Source: a bacterium (GTDB lineage Bacteria; Auribacterota; Erginobacteria; Erginobacterales; DAOSXE01). Taken from it: a stretch of DNA of 64,000 nt. The position numbers were made by a program, and so were the translations under genes. A model generated the notes under the pieces. The model worked only from the letters and a program-made list of their open reading frames with translations. It did not search any database and was not told the DNA's origin. The DNA is taken from the NCBI GenBank assembly GCA_035380285.1, contig DAOSXE010000015.1:1927-65926 (forward strand), in the 5' to 3' direction. Position 1 is the stretch's first letter. The number at the start of each line of letters is the position of its first letter. Shown piece by piece: positions 39,501 through 48,953 of the stretch.

Positions 39501-40721
39501 CTAGATCTGAATATCGGACATCTGCAGAATCGGCAGCAGGATGGAGATGACGATAAATCCCACCACCACCCCCATGAACAGGATCATGATCGGCTCCAGC
39601 ACCGTGGTCAGAACGCTGACCGAAGCCTCGACCTCGTCTTCGTAGGCCTGGGCCATCTTGAAGAGCATGTCCTCCAGAGCCGCGCTCGACTCCCCTACCG
39701 AGAGCATGTGCACCACGATCGGGGGGAACACCCGGCTCTGCCGGAAAGGCTCGGCGATGGATTTCCCGGCCCTGACCGCGTCCTTGGCCTGTTCGATGGC
39801 CTCTCCCACCGCCTGGTTGTTGACGATGTTCTTGACGATGTCGAAGGAGTGCAGGAGCGGCGTCCCGCTGGAGAGGAGGATGCCCAGCGTGCGGCTGAAA
39901 CGGACGATGGTGAGCTTGCGGAAAATGGGGCCGAAGATGGGGATCTTGAGCTTCCAGCAGTCCACCAGGTACCGGGCCCGCTTGCCCCGGGACCAGACCC
40001 GGTAGATCAGATATACCCCCCCCAGGACCAGGAGAATCAACCACCAGTATTCCTGGACGAGCGTGCTGGCGTTGATCAGGATCCGGGTGGGCAACGGCAG
40101 CGCCTTCTCGGTGTCCTCGAAGAGGACGATGATGGTGGGGACGACCTTGATCAGGAGAAACGCCACCACGAGCACGCCCACCATGGATACCACCACCGGG
40201 TAGAGCATGGCCCCCCGGACGGTGCTGCGCAGCTTGAGGTTCTTCTCCGCCAGGTCCGCCAGACGGCCCAGCACCATCTCCAGCGCCCCCGCGGTTTCGC
40301 CGGCCTTGACCATGTTGACGTAGAGGGGGGAAAAAATCCGGGGATGCTCGGCCAGGGCGTCGGCGAAGGTGGAGCCGGCGTTGACCTGGTCCCGGATCTG
40401 GATCACCACCCGCTTGAGGGGGTTGCCTTCGAACTGTTCGATCAGGGCGCTCAGGGAGGGGACCAAAGGCATCCCCGCCCCAACCAGGGTGGAGAGCTGG
40501 CGGGTGAAGACGGAGACGTCGGAGGCCTTGATCCTCCCCAGGATGCGGGAGACGTTGACCTCGCTCTGCAGCCCGATCTTCTCCTCGCTGCGGACGATCT
40601 CGGTCGGGTAGAGGGCCTGGCGCCGGAGTTTGGTGCGGGCGTCGGCCGGGGAATCGGCGTCGATGATCCCCGTCACCTGGCTCCCTTTCCCGTTCAATGC
40701 CTTGTATTCGAAAACCGCCAT
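39501..40721 (-). CDS. gspF: Type II secretion inner-membrane platform protein F
   Basis: 406 aa with the duplicated GspF/PilC layout: two cytoplasmic domains and three TM segments. Confidence 0.85.
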   Translation of the reverse strand: MAVFEYKALNGKGSQVTGIIDADSPADARTKLRRQALYPTEIVRSEEKIGLQSEVNVSRILGRIKASDVSVFTRQLSTLVGAGMPLVPSLSALIEQFEGNPLKRVVIQIRDQVNAGSTFADALAEHPRIFSPLYVNMVKAGETAGALEMVLGRLADLAEKNLKLRSTVRGAMLYPVVVSMVGVLVVAFLLIKVVPTIIVLFEDTEKALPLPTRILINASTLVQEYWWLILLVLGGVYLIYRVWSRGKRARYLVDCWKLKIPIFGPIFRKLTIVRFSRTLGILLSSGTPLLHSFDIVKNIVNNQAVGEAIEQAKDAVRAGKSIAEPFRQSRVFPPIVVHMLSVGESSAALEDMLFKMAQAYEDEVEASVSVLTTVLEPIMILFMGVVVGFIVISILLPILQMSDIQI

Positions 40722-40758
40722 CCGTCTTCCCGTCCCGTTCGCCGGGCCGCTCCCGGCT

Positions 40759-42486
40759 TCAGACCTCGATGATATCTTCCTGCGTGACCCGGATCACTTC
40801 CTCGACGGTCGTCTCTCCGCTCACGACCTTGCGGGCCCCGTCCATTCTCAGGGTGCGCATCCCCCGCTTGAGGGCGGCGCGCTTGATCGTGCCCACGTCC
40901 ACCCGCTCCACCACCATCCGCCTGATCTCGTCGTCGACCAGCAGCAGTTCGAATATGGCCGAACGCCCCATGTAGCCGGAATGAAAACACTTCTCGCATC
41001 CCTTTCCCCGTACCAGGGGGCGCCCCTCGAGCTGGTCGAGGGCGAGGCCGATGCTTTTGAGTTCCTCCTCGCTGGGCGCGTAGGACTCACCGCAGTGGGG
41101 GCAGATGGTGCGGACCAGGCGCTGGGCCATGATCCCCACCACCGAGGAAGAGACCAGGTAGGGCTCGACTCCCATGTCGATCATCCTGGTGATGGCCCCG
41201 GCGGCGTCGTTGGTGTGGAGGGTGCTGAAGACCAGGTGGCCGGTCAGCGAAGCCTGGATGGCGATTTCGGCGGTCTCGGTGTCGCGCATCTCGCCGACCA
41301 GGACGATATCCGGGTCCTGGCGGAGAATCGAGCGCAACCCGTTGGCGAAGGTGAGGTTGATCTTGGGAGCGACCTGGATCTGCCCGATCCCGGGCAGCTG
41401 GTACTCCACCGGGTCCTCGATGGTGATGATGTTCTTGTCCAGGGAGTTCATCTCGTGCAGAGCGGCGTAGAGCGTGGTGGTCTTTCCCGACCCCGTGGGC
41501 CCGGTCACCAGGATGATGCCGTGGGTGAGTTTCAACAGCCGGCGCAGGAGCTTAAGGCCGTCGTCGCCCAGCCCCAGATCGTGGAGCCCGAACAACTGGC
41601 TGGACTTGTCCAGGAGCCTCAACACGATCCGTTCCCCGAACGAAACCGGGATGACCGAGACCCGGATATCGATCTCCCGGTCGGTGATCCGGATCTTGAT
41701 CCTGCCGTCCTGGGGGAGGCGCTTCTCGGCGATGTTGAGGTTGGCCATGATCTTGACGCGGGAGATGATCGAGGACTGGTACTGTTTGGGCGGGCTGAGG
41801 ACCTCGTAGAGAACGCCGTCGATCCGGTAGCGGACCCGCAGGTCCTTTTCGAAGGGTTCGATGTGGATATCGCTGGCCCGGGCCTTGACCGCCTCGAAGA
41901 TGATCAGGTTGATCAATTTGATCACCGGGGCCTTGGCGGCGATGTCCAGAAGGTCCTCGGCGGCGTCGGTGATGGTCACCATCTCCGGAGCGTCTTCGTC
42001 TTCCTCCAGCCCCTCCAACATGGCCTCGGCGGCGCCGTCGGCGTGTCCGTAGCAGCGGTTGGCGATCCGGACGATCTCCTCGGGCACCGAGACGATCACG
42101 TCCAGGTTGCGGTCGAGAAGAAGGCGGAGGTCGTCCAGAGGCTGAACGTCGAGGGGGTCGGCCATCGCCACCTTGACCGTTCCGTCGGCGGACGCACCCA
42201 GGGGGATAAGCCGGTTGGCCAGAAGAAAATTGAGCGGGACCCGGGAGACCAGCGCCTTGTCCACGCGCTCCTCGGTCAGGTGCTCCTCGAAGGGGAACCC
42301 CAGGCATTCGGCCAGGGCCCGGCGGACCTGGCTGTCCCGAACCAACCCGGCTTCGATCAGTTCCTCGGTCAGCGACCGGCTTTCGCCCGGAGACCATTTA
42401 TCCAGAACCTTGTCCAGAGCCGGCCGGGCGAGGGCGCCGGCGCCGACCAGCTTCTCGGCTACTTCCTTTTCCAGAACCTCGTTCAT
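40759..42486 (-). CDS. gspE: Type II secretion ATPase E
   Basis: Walker A GPTGSGKTTT, Asp box, Walker B ILVGEMRD, His box, and the tetracysteine CPHC...CEKC motif. Confidence 0.9.
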   Translation of the reverse strand: MNEVLEKEVAEKLVGAGALARPALDKVLDKWSPGESRSLTEELIEAGLVRDSQVRRALAECLGFPFEEHLTEERVDKALVSRVPLNFLLANRLIPLGASADGTVKVAMADPLDVQPLDDLRLLLDRNLDVIVSVPEEIVRIANRCYGHADGAAEAMLEGLEEDEDAPEMVTITDAAEDLLDIAAKAPVIKLINLIIFEAVKARASDIHIEPFEKDLRVRYRIDGVLYEVLSPPKQYQSSIISRVKIMANLNIAEKRLPQDGRIKIRITDREIDIRVSVIPVSFGERIVLRLLDKSSQLFGLHDLGLGDDGLKLLRRLLKLTHGIILVTGPTGSGKTTTLYAALHEMNSLDKNIITIEDPVEYQLPGIGQIQVAPKINLTFANGLRSILRQDPDIVLVGEMRDTETAEIAIQASLTGHLVFSTLHTNDAAGAITRMIDMGVEPYLVSSSVVGIMAQRLVRTICPHCGESYAPSEEELKSIGLALDQLEGRPLVRGKGCEKCFHSGYMGRSAIFELLLVDDEIRRMVVERVDVGTIKRAALKRGMRTLRMDGARKVVSGETTVEEVIRVTQEDIIEV

Positions 42487-42504
42487 CGCCTTTCTCCCGC
42501 CGGC

Positions 42505-44937
42505 CTACTGGCGCAAGCGCGCGGTCCCCCGTTTCGTCTCTTCCTCGTCGGGGCGGCCGAAGGTTACCCGGGGCAGGTTGTTGAGGAACCCCAGGGCGCT
42601 CCCGGAATCGGTTTCGGCCGGAACCGCCTCCGGCGGTTTTTCTTCGGAAGCGGCCGTCTCCGGTGCCGGTTCCGCGGGGGCGGAAACTTCCTCCGGCGCC
42701 GGTTTCGCCTCGGAAACGGCGGCTTCCGGGGCCTCGCCCGCGGGGGGCGCGGCCTCCGATTTCTCCTCGTACGCGGCCGCGGGAGCGGGCTCTTCCTCCT
42801 CCCCGGCGGCCGCCCGTTCTTCCCGGAGGACCCGGTCGAAGAAGGCGGAACCGGAATTCTCTTCCCGGTAGATGCTCTTGAGTTCGTCGAGGCGCTCCTG
42901 CTGCTTGCGCCGCGCCTCTTCTTCCCGCAGCCGGGTCTCGTTTTCGTCCTCGGAGAGGCGCAGGTCGATATAGGGCATTTCGTGCCGTTTCATCGCGGTC
43001 AGATCGGCGATCTGCTGGGTGGTTTTGACCACCCGGGGCGTGATGAAGACCAGGAGGTTGCGCTTGGCGGTGGTGTTGGTCTCCCAGCGGAAGAGATATC
43101 CCAGCAGGGGGATGTCGCCGAGGAAGGGGATCTTGTCCTCGGTCTGGGTCTTTTCGTCCTGGATCAGGCCGGAGATCACGATGGTGTGGTTGTCCTTGAC
43201 GATGACGTTGGTTTCGGTGATGCGCTTGTAGGTTTCCGGGGTCAGGTAGTACCCCGACACCGATTGACCGATGATCGACGAAATCTCCTGGCTGATCTCG
43301 AGCCGGACCATGCGGTCGCGGCTGATGTGGGGGGTGATCTTGAGTTTGATCCCCACGTCCTTATACTCGATGTCCTGATAATCGTTGTTGTTGTCGTTGC
43401 TGTTGATCTCGATCTTGCTCACGTAGGGGATGTTCTTGACCACTTCGATCGACGCTTCCTCGTTGTCCATGGTCAGGACCTGGGGAGTGGAGAGGATATC
43501 GACGTCCTGGTTGGTCTGAAGGGCATGGATGAGCACGGCCAGGTCGGGGATGCTGGTGCCGGTGCCCGCCATCTTCTGAACGAACCCCATGGTCCCCCCG
43601 GAAAGGCCGCTGGTGACGATGGCGGTGGGATCGGAGGCCTGAGCGGCGAGCATGGAGGAGAGGGCGTTCCCGCTGGAAGACCAGCTCGAACCTCCGTAGC
43701 CCTGGGCGTTGCTGCGGCCGGCGCCCATGGAAGAATAACCCTGCCCGGTGGGAAGCCCCTGGGTCTGCCCCTCGTTGCCGATCGACTGGATCTCGACGCC
43801 GAGTTCGAAGGACTTGTCGTAAGCGACTTCGGCGATCAGGACCTCGACCAGGACCTGGTCGCGCATGATGTCCAGCTGCTTGATGATGTTCTGCAGGGAG
43901 GCGTAATCCTCGGGGGTGGCGTCGATGATCAGGGAGTTGGTGGCCTTGTCTTCGCTGATGAGGGGGACGACCTCCCCTCCCGTGGTTTTGCGCTTGCCGA
44001 TGACGTTGTTGAGGACCTTGGATATCTCTTCGGCGTCGGAGTTCCGGAGAAAATAAACGTGGATGTTGGTGCGTTCGGTTTCGACGTCGAGCTTCTTGAT
44101 CAGTTCGATGACCTGGCGGGTGTCTTCGGAGTTGGCGAGGATGATCAGGGAGTTGGTCCGTTCGTCGGCGATGAGCTTGAGAGTCGATTCCGTGGGCTGC
44201 AGCTGCTGGCGGTTGCGGCGGCGGGGGGTGGGGGGCGTCCCCGGAACCGTTCCGGCTTCCTCGATGACCTGGGTCAGTTCCGCCGCCAGGGTCTCGGCGG
44301 CGGCGTAGCGCAGGGGCAACACCGTGATTCGGGTCTCGTAGCCGGGAACGTCGAGTTCCTTGATGATCTTGACCAGCCGGTGGATGTTGGAGGAAACGTC
44401 GGTCACGATCAGGGTGTTGGTCATGGGATAGGGGATGACGCTGGCCTCCTTGGAGAAGAGCGGCCCCAGGGCGGCCCGGACCTTCTCGACCTCGGCGTAC
44501 TCCAGGGGAATGAGCTGCGTGATCAGGGTGTCTTCGGGCACGATCTGTTCCAGGTTGTCGCCGACCGCGGTCTGGATGTTCCTCTGGCTGCCCAGGCGCT
44601 TGGTCGAGACCTTGATCACTTTCCCCGAGGGGACGGCGGTGAACCCGCGCACTTCCAGGATCGATTCGAAGACCTTGTAGGCCTCGTCCAGGGGGATCAT
44701 GGTGGGGGAGATGACGGTCACCGTGCCCCGGACGTCGTTGTCGACGATGAAGTTCTTCCCGGTCAGATCGCTGATGTACTTGATGACCAGCCGGATGTCG
44801 ACGTTGTCGAAATCCATGCTGACCATGCCTTCGTCGTCCGCCGGCTGCTGCGCCCGGACCGGCCTCCCGGGAAAAGCCAGTCCCAGGAGGCAAAGAAGGA
44901 GGACGGGTAGTGTGCGGATTCCGTGGTTTTTTCTCAT
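42505..44937 (-). CDS. gspD: Type II secretion secretin D
   Basis: Signal peptide, N0-N3-like domains, secretin core (...VSGLIQDEKTQTEDKIPFLGDIPLLGYLFR...LLVFITPRVV), and an acidic/Ala/Pro-rich C-terminal tail. Confidence 0.9.
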   Translation of the reverse strand: MRKNHGIRTLPVLLLCLLGLAFPGRPVRAQQPADDEGMVSMDFDNVDIRLVIKYISDLTGKNFIVDNDVRGTVTVISPTMIPLDEAYKVFESILEVRGFTAVPSGKVIKVSTKRLGSQRNIQTAVGDNLEQIVPEDTLITQLIPLEYAEVEKVRAALGPLFSKEASVIPYPMTNTLIVTDVSSNIHRLVKIIKELDVPGYETRITVLPLRYAAAETLAAELTQVIEEAGTVPGTPPTPRRRNRQQLQPTESTLKLIADERTNSLIILANSEDTRQVIELIKKLDVETERTNIHVYFLRNSDAEEISKVLNNVIGKRKTTGGEVVPLISEDKATNSLIIDATPEDYASLQNIIKQLDIMRDQVLVEVLIAEVAYDKSFELGVEIQSIGNEGQTQGLPTGQGYSSMGAGRSNAQGYGGSSWSSSGNALSSMLAAQASDPTAIVTSGLSGGTMGFVQKMAGTGTSIPDLAVLIHALQTNQDVDILSTPQVLTMDNEEASIEVVKNIPYVSKIEINSNDNNNDYQDIEYKDVGIKLKITPHISRDRMVRLEISQEISSIIGQSVSGYYLTPETYKRITETNVIVKDNHTIVISGLIQDEKTQTEDKIPFLGDIPLLGYLFRWETNTTAKRNLLVFITPRVVKTTQQIADLTAMKRHEMPYIDLRLSEDENETRLREEEARRKQQERLDELKSIYREENSGSAFFDRVLREERAAAGEEEEPAPAAAYEEKSEAAPPAGEAPEAAVSEAKPAPEEVSAPAEPAPETAASEEKPPEAVPAETDSGSALGFLNNLPRVTFGRPDEEETKRGTARLRQ

Positions 44938-45016
44938 GCGGTTTCCCCTGCTCGATGTTGGCTCTGTAATCGGCTTCGTTTCCCGGGCCCGCGCGGGCGC
45001 CCGTTGCCGATTCGTT

Positions 45017-45970
45017 TCATTGCGTCGGATCCAGTTCCTGGTCCTGGACCAGATATTCCAATTGAACGTGCCGGTCCCCCCGGAGGACGTCGACGACCAC
45101 CGTCTGCGCGTCCTGGATCTTGAGGAGGATGTCCATGGCTTCCTGTTTGCCGGTGATGGTCAACCCGTTGACTTCCTGGATCACGTCCCCCTCCCTCACC
45201 CCCAGCTTGTAGGCCAGGTGCTCCCGGGGCAGGACGACGATCTCGTAACCGGAGGCCGGCCCCCGGGTCCGCCCCTGGGGCGGATACCAGGGACGGCACC
45301 CCACCGTCCGCAGGGAGCCGATGACGTCGTCGGGGACCAGCCGGAAGTTCTCCCCCCCGCGGGCCAGCTTCTCCAGCATCTTCTCGTTGACCAGCTTCCA
45401 CATCCCCCGGCGGCTGACCAGCCAGCGGTTCGGCCCCAGTTTCTTGAAGACCCGGGAAAAATGGAGCCGGTTTTCCGGGACCGGGATGTGGCCGATGAAC
45501 GACGAGATCACGTGGCGGCGGCCGTTGTTCTCCAGGGTGACGTCGATGCGGTCGATTTCGACCACCCGCCAGCCCCGGATGACGTCGTCGAGGCGGTAGA
45601 TCTTCTGGGTCTTGCTGGCCAGGTCCTCGATGATCGCCCAGCTGCGGCGGGGATCGTCGAAGACCGAGGTTCCCTTGAGTTCGAGGCGGGGCGGCGGCGC
45701 CGTCGGGGGCGGCGGGGTCGGGGGCGCTTTTTCCTCGGGCGGCTGGAACTTGGTCTGCCAGAGGTTGCGCGCGAGGATGGCGCCGTAGTAGCCGGGGCCG
45801 GGAGCCGAAGCTTCCCCCCCGGAGCCGCCGTCGTGCTCGTAGGTCACCGACGCGCCCACCTCGCCGGCGCGGGGCGGAACGACGATGGTCCAGATCAGAT
45901 ACCCCACGCCGGCGGCCAGGACGATCCCCAGGAAGTAATTGACGAAGCTGATGTAGCGGCGCGGTATCAC
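45017..45970 (-). CDS. gspC: Type II secretion protein C-like (TM + PDZ domain)
   Basis: N-terminal TM (FVNYFLGIVLAAGVGYLIW), Pro-rich linker, C-terminal PDZ-like LGVREGDVIQEVNGLTI. The start overlaps the anti-sigma stop by 4 nt. Confidence 0.6.
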   Translation of the reverse strand: MIPRRYISFVNYFLGIVLAAGVGYLIWTIVVPPRAGEVGASVTYEHDGGSGGEASAPGPGYYGAILARNLWQTKFQPPEEKAPPTPPPPTAPPPRLELKGTSVFDDPRRSWAIIEDLASKTQKIYRLDDVIRGWRVVEIDRIDVTLENNGRRHVISSFIGHIPVPENRLHFSRVFKKLGPNRWLVSRRGMWKLVNEKMLEKLARGGENFRLVPDDVIGSLRTVGCRPWYPPQGRTRGPASGYEIVVLPREHLAYKLGVREGDVIQEVNGLTITGKQEAMDILLKIQDAQTVVVDVLRGDRHVQLEYLVQDQELDPTQ

Positions 45971-46713
45971 TCCCCCCCCTCCGTCCCGGCGGCGGCCGAG
46001 GCCGCGCGCTCGCGGCGGACCCGCCGCGCCAGTTCGTCGACCTGGAACGCGGGGGGGAGCAGGACCGCTTCGCCCTCCCGCTTGCGGCCGGCATTGAGCA
46101 GGAACCGGAAATCGCCGTGGAGGTCCCTGACCAGCTCGCGGTAGCGGGACCCGGGGGAGAGCGTCCGGGTGAGGGAGAGGGCCCGCCCCTGAAGGTCGCG
46201 GGAAACGATGTCCTCCAGCAGTTCGTCCCAGGTCCCGTAGCCGCCGGCCTCCAACCGGTCCAGGACCTCCTCCACCTGCTCCAGGTAGTCGACCAGGACC
46301 GCGTCCGGGTCGCGGACGGGCGACGGGGAAAACGTCAGGGCCTCGGTGAAGGAGGGAGCCGGCCGGCGGACGAGGAAAAACCAGCCCGTCCCGGCCAGCA
46401 CGACGACGGCGGCGGCCGCCGCCGCCACCCGCGCCAGGGGAAGAATCGGAAAGACCGGGGGCTTTTTAAGTTCCTGTTCCAGCCGCTCCACCACGGCGTG
46501 GTCGGCGGCGGGGGAGAACACGGGGGGAGCGGCGGGGAGAGACTCCCAGGCCCGGGAGAGTTCCTCGCGGTAAGCCCGGCAGCCGGGGCAGTCCTCGAGG
46601 TGCTCGCGGACCCGCTCGGAAAAGCAGTCGGGCCCCGCGATCCCCAGGATCCGGTCCCGCAGGAGTTCCCGCACGGATCGACAATTCTCAGGTTGTTTCT
46701 TCATTCCCTTCAT
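45967..46713 (-). CDS. Anti-sigma factor (zf-HC2 type, single TM)
   Basis: N-terminal C..H...C..C zinc-finger pattern (CRSVRELL...HLEDCPGCRAY) and a central TM (AAAAAAVVVLAGTGWFFLV). It overlaps the sigma gene. Confidence 0.7.
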   Translation of the reverse strand: MKGMKKQPENCRSVRELLRDRILGIAGPDCFSERVREHLEDCPGCRAYREELSRAWESLPAAPPVFSPAADHAVVERLEQELKKPPVFPILPLARVAAAAAAVVVLAGTGWFFLVRRPAPSFTEALTFSPSPVRDPDAVLVDYLEQVEEVLDRLEAGGYGTWDELLEDIVSRDLQGRALSLTRTLSPGSRYRELVRDLHGDFRFLLNAGRKREGEAVLLPPAFQVDELARRVRRERAASAAAGTEGGE

Positions 46714-47290
46714 CGAGGTAGCGGCTCAGGCGCAGGCGGAGGTGCTCCAGGGCGTAATGCAGCCGCGACCTCACCGTCCCCGGCGGGACTCCGGTAACTT
46801 CGGCGATTTCACGGTAGGTCAGCCCGTTGATGCGGTTCAAAACAACCACCTCGCGGTGCGCCGCGCTCAATTCCCGCAATTCCCGGTCCAGCATTTCCCG
46901 GAACTCGGCGGCGGCGGCCTCGTCGCCGGGGCCGGGCCCCGGATATTCCAGCAGGTCCCCGTGGGTCGTTCCTTCCTCCTCTTCGGACGTCAAAGGCGCG
47001 TCCAGGGACCAGGTCCGTTTGCGTTTCATGCTCCTCAATTCGTCGCGGCAACGGTTGGCGGCGATGGCATAGAGCCAGGTCTTGAATTTTTTCCCCGCCC
47101 GGAACTTCGGCGCTCCGCGAAACACCCGTATGAACGTATCCTGATAAGCCTCCTGGGCCCGGTGGTAGTCCCGGATCATTCCCACCATGAACGCCATCAG
47201 GGGATCCCGGTAGCGTCCCATCAGCTCTTCCAATGCGCCCGTGTCTCCGCCGGCGCAGCGTTCGATCAGTTTCTCGTCGGTTTCAATCAT
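46688..47290 (-). CDS. ECF-type RNA polymerase sigma-70 family factor
   Basis: Region 2 (YQDTFIRVFRG...FKTWLYAIAANRCRDELR) and region 4 (VVVLNRINGLTYREIAEVTGVPPGTVRSRL). Confidence 0.85.
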   Translation of the reverse strand: MIETDEKLIERCAGGDTGALEELMGRYRDPLMAFMVGMIRDYHRAQEAYQDTFIRVFRGAPKFRAGKKFKTWLYAIAANRCRDELRSMKRKRTWSLDAPLTSEEEEGTTHGDLLEYPGPGPGDEAAAAEFREMLDRELRELSAAHREVVVLNRINGLTYREIAEVTGVPPGTVRSRLHYALEHLRLRLSRYLDEGNEETT

Positions 47291-47295
47291 CTCTT

Positions 47296-47322
47296 ACTAC
47301 GCCCGAAGACGGCAACCGGTTC
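47296..47322 (-). promoter_or_regulatory. Candidate ECF-type (AAC...CGT) autoregulatory promoter
   Basis: Minus strand: TGAACC (GAACC at 47318-47322), 16-nt spacer, CGTAGT (47296-47301), ending 5 nt before the sigma ATG. This would make the transcript nearly leaderless. Confidence 0.3.
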
Positions 47323-47436
47323 ATCCCTGAAGAGAAGCGGGCGGGTTTTTCTTCCCTTCGCGAAGAAAATCAGTATCTTATGGCTTCAATCGGCTTTTGT
47401 TAATCTAATTATACCCGAACCGGAAAGGACTTCGTC

Positions 47437-48066
47437 ATGACCAGTTCCTACCGACTGATCCTGGCCTCCGTCTCCCCCCGCCGCAATCAGCTTCTGCGGA
47501 GCGCGGGACTCCGCTTCGAGACCCGCCCGGCCCGGACCGACGAAGCGACCTTTCCCGGCCGGCCGGCCCGGACGGTGGAATACAACTCCCGTATCAAGGC
47601 CGAGGCCGTCGCGGAAACCGATCCCGGGGCGATCGTCATCGGCTCCGACACCGTGGTCTTCCGCCGGGAGATTCTGGGGAAACCCGCCGACCTCCGGGAA
47701 GCCCGGCGGATGCTGGCCGAACTGGGGGGCAAAAGCCACAGCGTCTTCACCGGGGTGACCGTGATCTTCCCCCGTCCCCGGGAAACGGTCACGGGTTGCA
47801 GCGAAAGCCGGGTCCGGTTCAAGCCCCTCGACGACGAGACCATCGACCGTTACTTCGCCCTGGTCGATCCGCTGGACAAGGCCGGGGCCTACGCCGTTCA
47901 GGAGCACGGCGAACTCCTCATCGACCGGGTCGAGGGCTCCTACTCGACCGTGATCGGGCTCCCCCTGGAGTCCCTGGTCTCGATTCTCGAACGACACCCC
48001 GGATCGGGCCTTCCCGCCGACGGACTGAAACGGCTGGTCGCCGAACTGGGCAACCCCTTCGGCTGA
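47437..48066 (+). CDS. maf: Maf-family nucleoside triphosphate pyrophosphatase
   Basis: LILASVSPRRNQLL, GSDTVV, KAGAYAVQ, STVIGLPL. Confidence 0.85.
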   Translation: MTSSYRLILASVSPRRNQLLRSAGLRFETRPARTDEATFPGRPARTVEYNSRIKAEAVAETDPGAIVIGSDTVVFRREILGKPADLREARRMLAELGGKSHSVFTGVTVIFPRPRETVTGCSESRVRFKPLDDETIDRYFALVDPLDKAGAYAVQEHGELLIDRVEGSYSTVIGLPLESLVSILERHPGSGLPADGLKRLVAELGNPFG

Positions 48067-48133
48067 CCCGAACTCCGGGGGAAGGCGGAAAGAGGCATGA
48101 CTTGAAGCCGACGTTCGAAGGATATCGCGAACA

Positions 48134-48952
48134 ATGACGCCGCAGGCGATCGCGGGGCTGGCGGCGGCGGCGCTCGTCGCGGCGGCGGCGGGCCGCGCCG
48201 CGGAGTATCGGGACGGGACGTTCTTCGGAATGGCCCGTGACCAATCCTCGAAAACCTCGATCAAGCTTGAGGTGACGGTTCGACAGGGCAGAATCCGCGA
48301 CATCGTCTTTCTGCAAACGCCTTCGTATCGGAAAAACCAGGCCGAAGCCGAGTTGATGCGCCAGCGGATCCTGGCGTCCCAGGAGACCGGCGTCCTTGCC
48401 ACCGCCATGACCACCGCCCCTTCGCGCCTGGTCCGGGAAGCGGTCGCGGACGCGCTCTCCCGCGCGGACCCGGCGCCCGAGGCGTGGAGCGGGCCCGCGG
48501 AAACCGGCCCGAGAATCGAAATCGACACCACGCTGGGAACCATGGAAGCGGTCCTCTACCCGGCCCTGGCGCCCCTGACGTCGGAGAAGTTCCTTGCCCT
48601 CGTCCGGGAAGGATATTATGATAAATGGATAGTGCGAAAGACGATCGCCCGGACCCTGCTCCAGGTCGCTCCCGGAACCGGGAGCCGGGTGGAGGGGGGA
48701 GTTCAGGCACTGGAGCCGCCGGCCGCGGGGGCCGGTTTCGATCGGGTGGGAATGATCGGAATATCGCGCGACGAGGTCCCGGGGTTCGTGGTCAACGCCG
48801 CCAGGGCGCCGTGGTTGGACGGGCAGTACGTGATCGTGGGAAGAATAACCCGAGGGTTCAAGATCATCGCCGAGATCGCCTTGAACGGGGGGACCCTCGG
48901 GGAAAACACGGAGATAACGAGCATCCGCCCGGCCGGGGCCGCGCGGGATTGA
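48134..48952 (+). CDS. Cyclophilin-like peptidyl-prolyl isomerase domain protein with N-terminal FMN_bind-like segment
   Basis: IEIDTTLGTMEAVLYPALAPLTSEKFLALVREGYYD ... APWLDGQYVIVGRITRGFKII resembles cyclophilin blocks but is divergent. The N-terminus YRDGTFFGMA...IKLEVTVRQGRIRDIVF is FMN-binding-domain-like. Confidence 0.5.
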   Translation: MTPQAIAGLAAAALVAAAAGRAAEYRDGTFFGMARDQSSKTSIKLEVTVRQGRIRDIVFLQTPSYRKNQAEAELMRQRILASQETGVLATAMTTAPSRLVREAVADALSRADPAPEAWSGPAETGPRIEIDTTLGTMEAVLYPALAPLTSEKFLALVREGYYDKWIVRKTIARTLLQVAPGTGSRVEGGVQALEPPAAGAGFDRVGMIGISRDEVPGFVVNAARAPWLDGQYVIVGRITRGFKIIAEIALNGGTLGENTEITSIRPAGAARD

Positions 48953-48953
48953 G

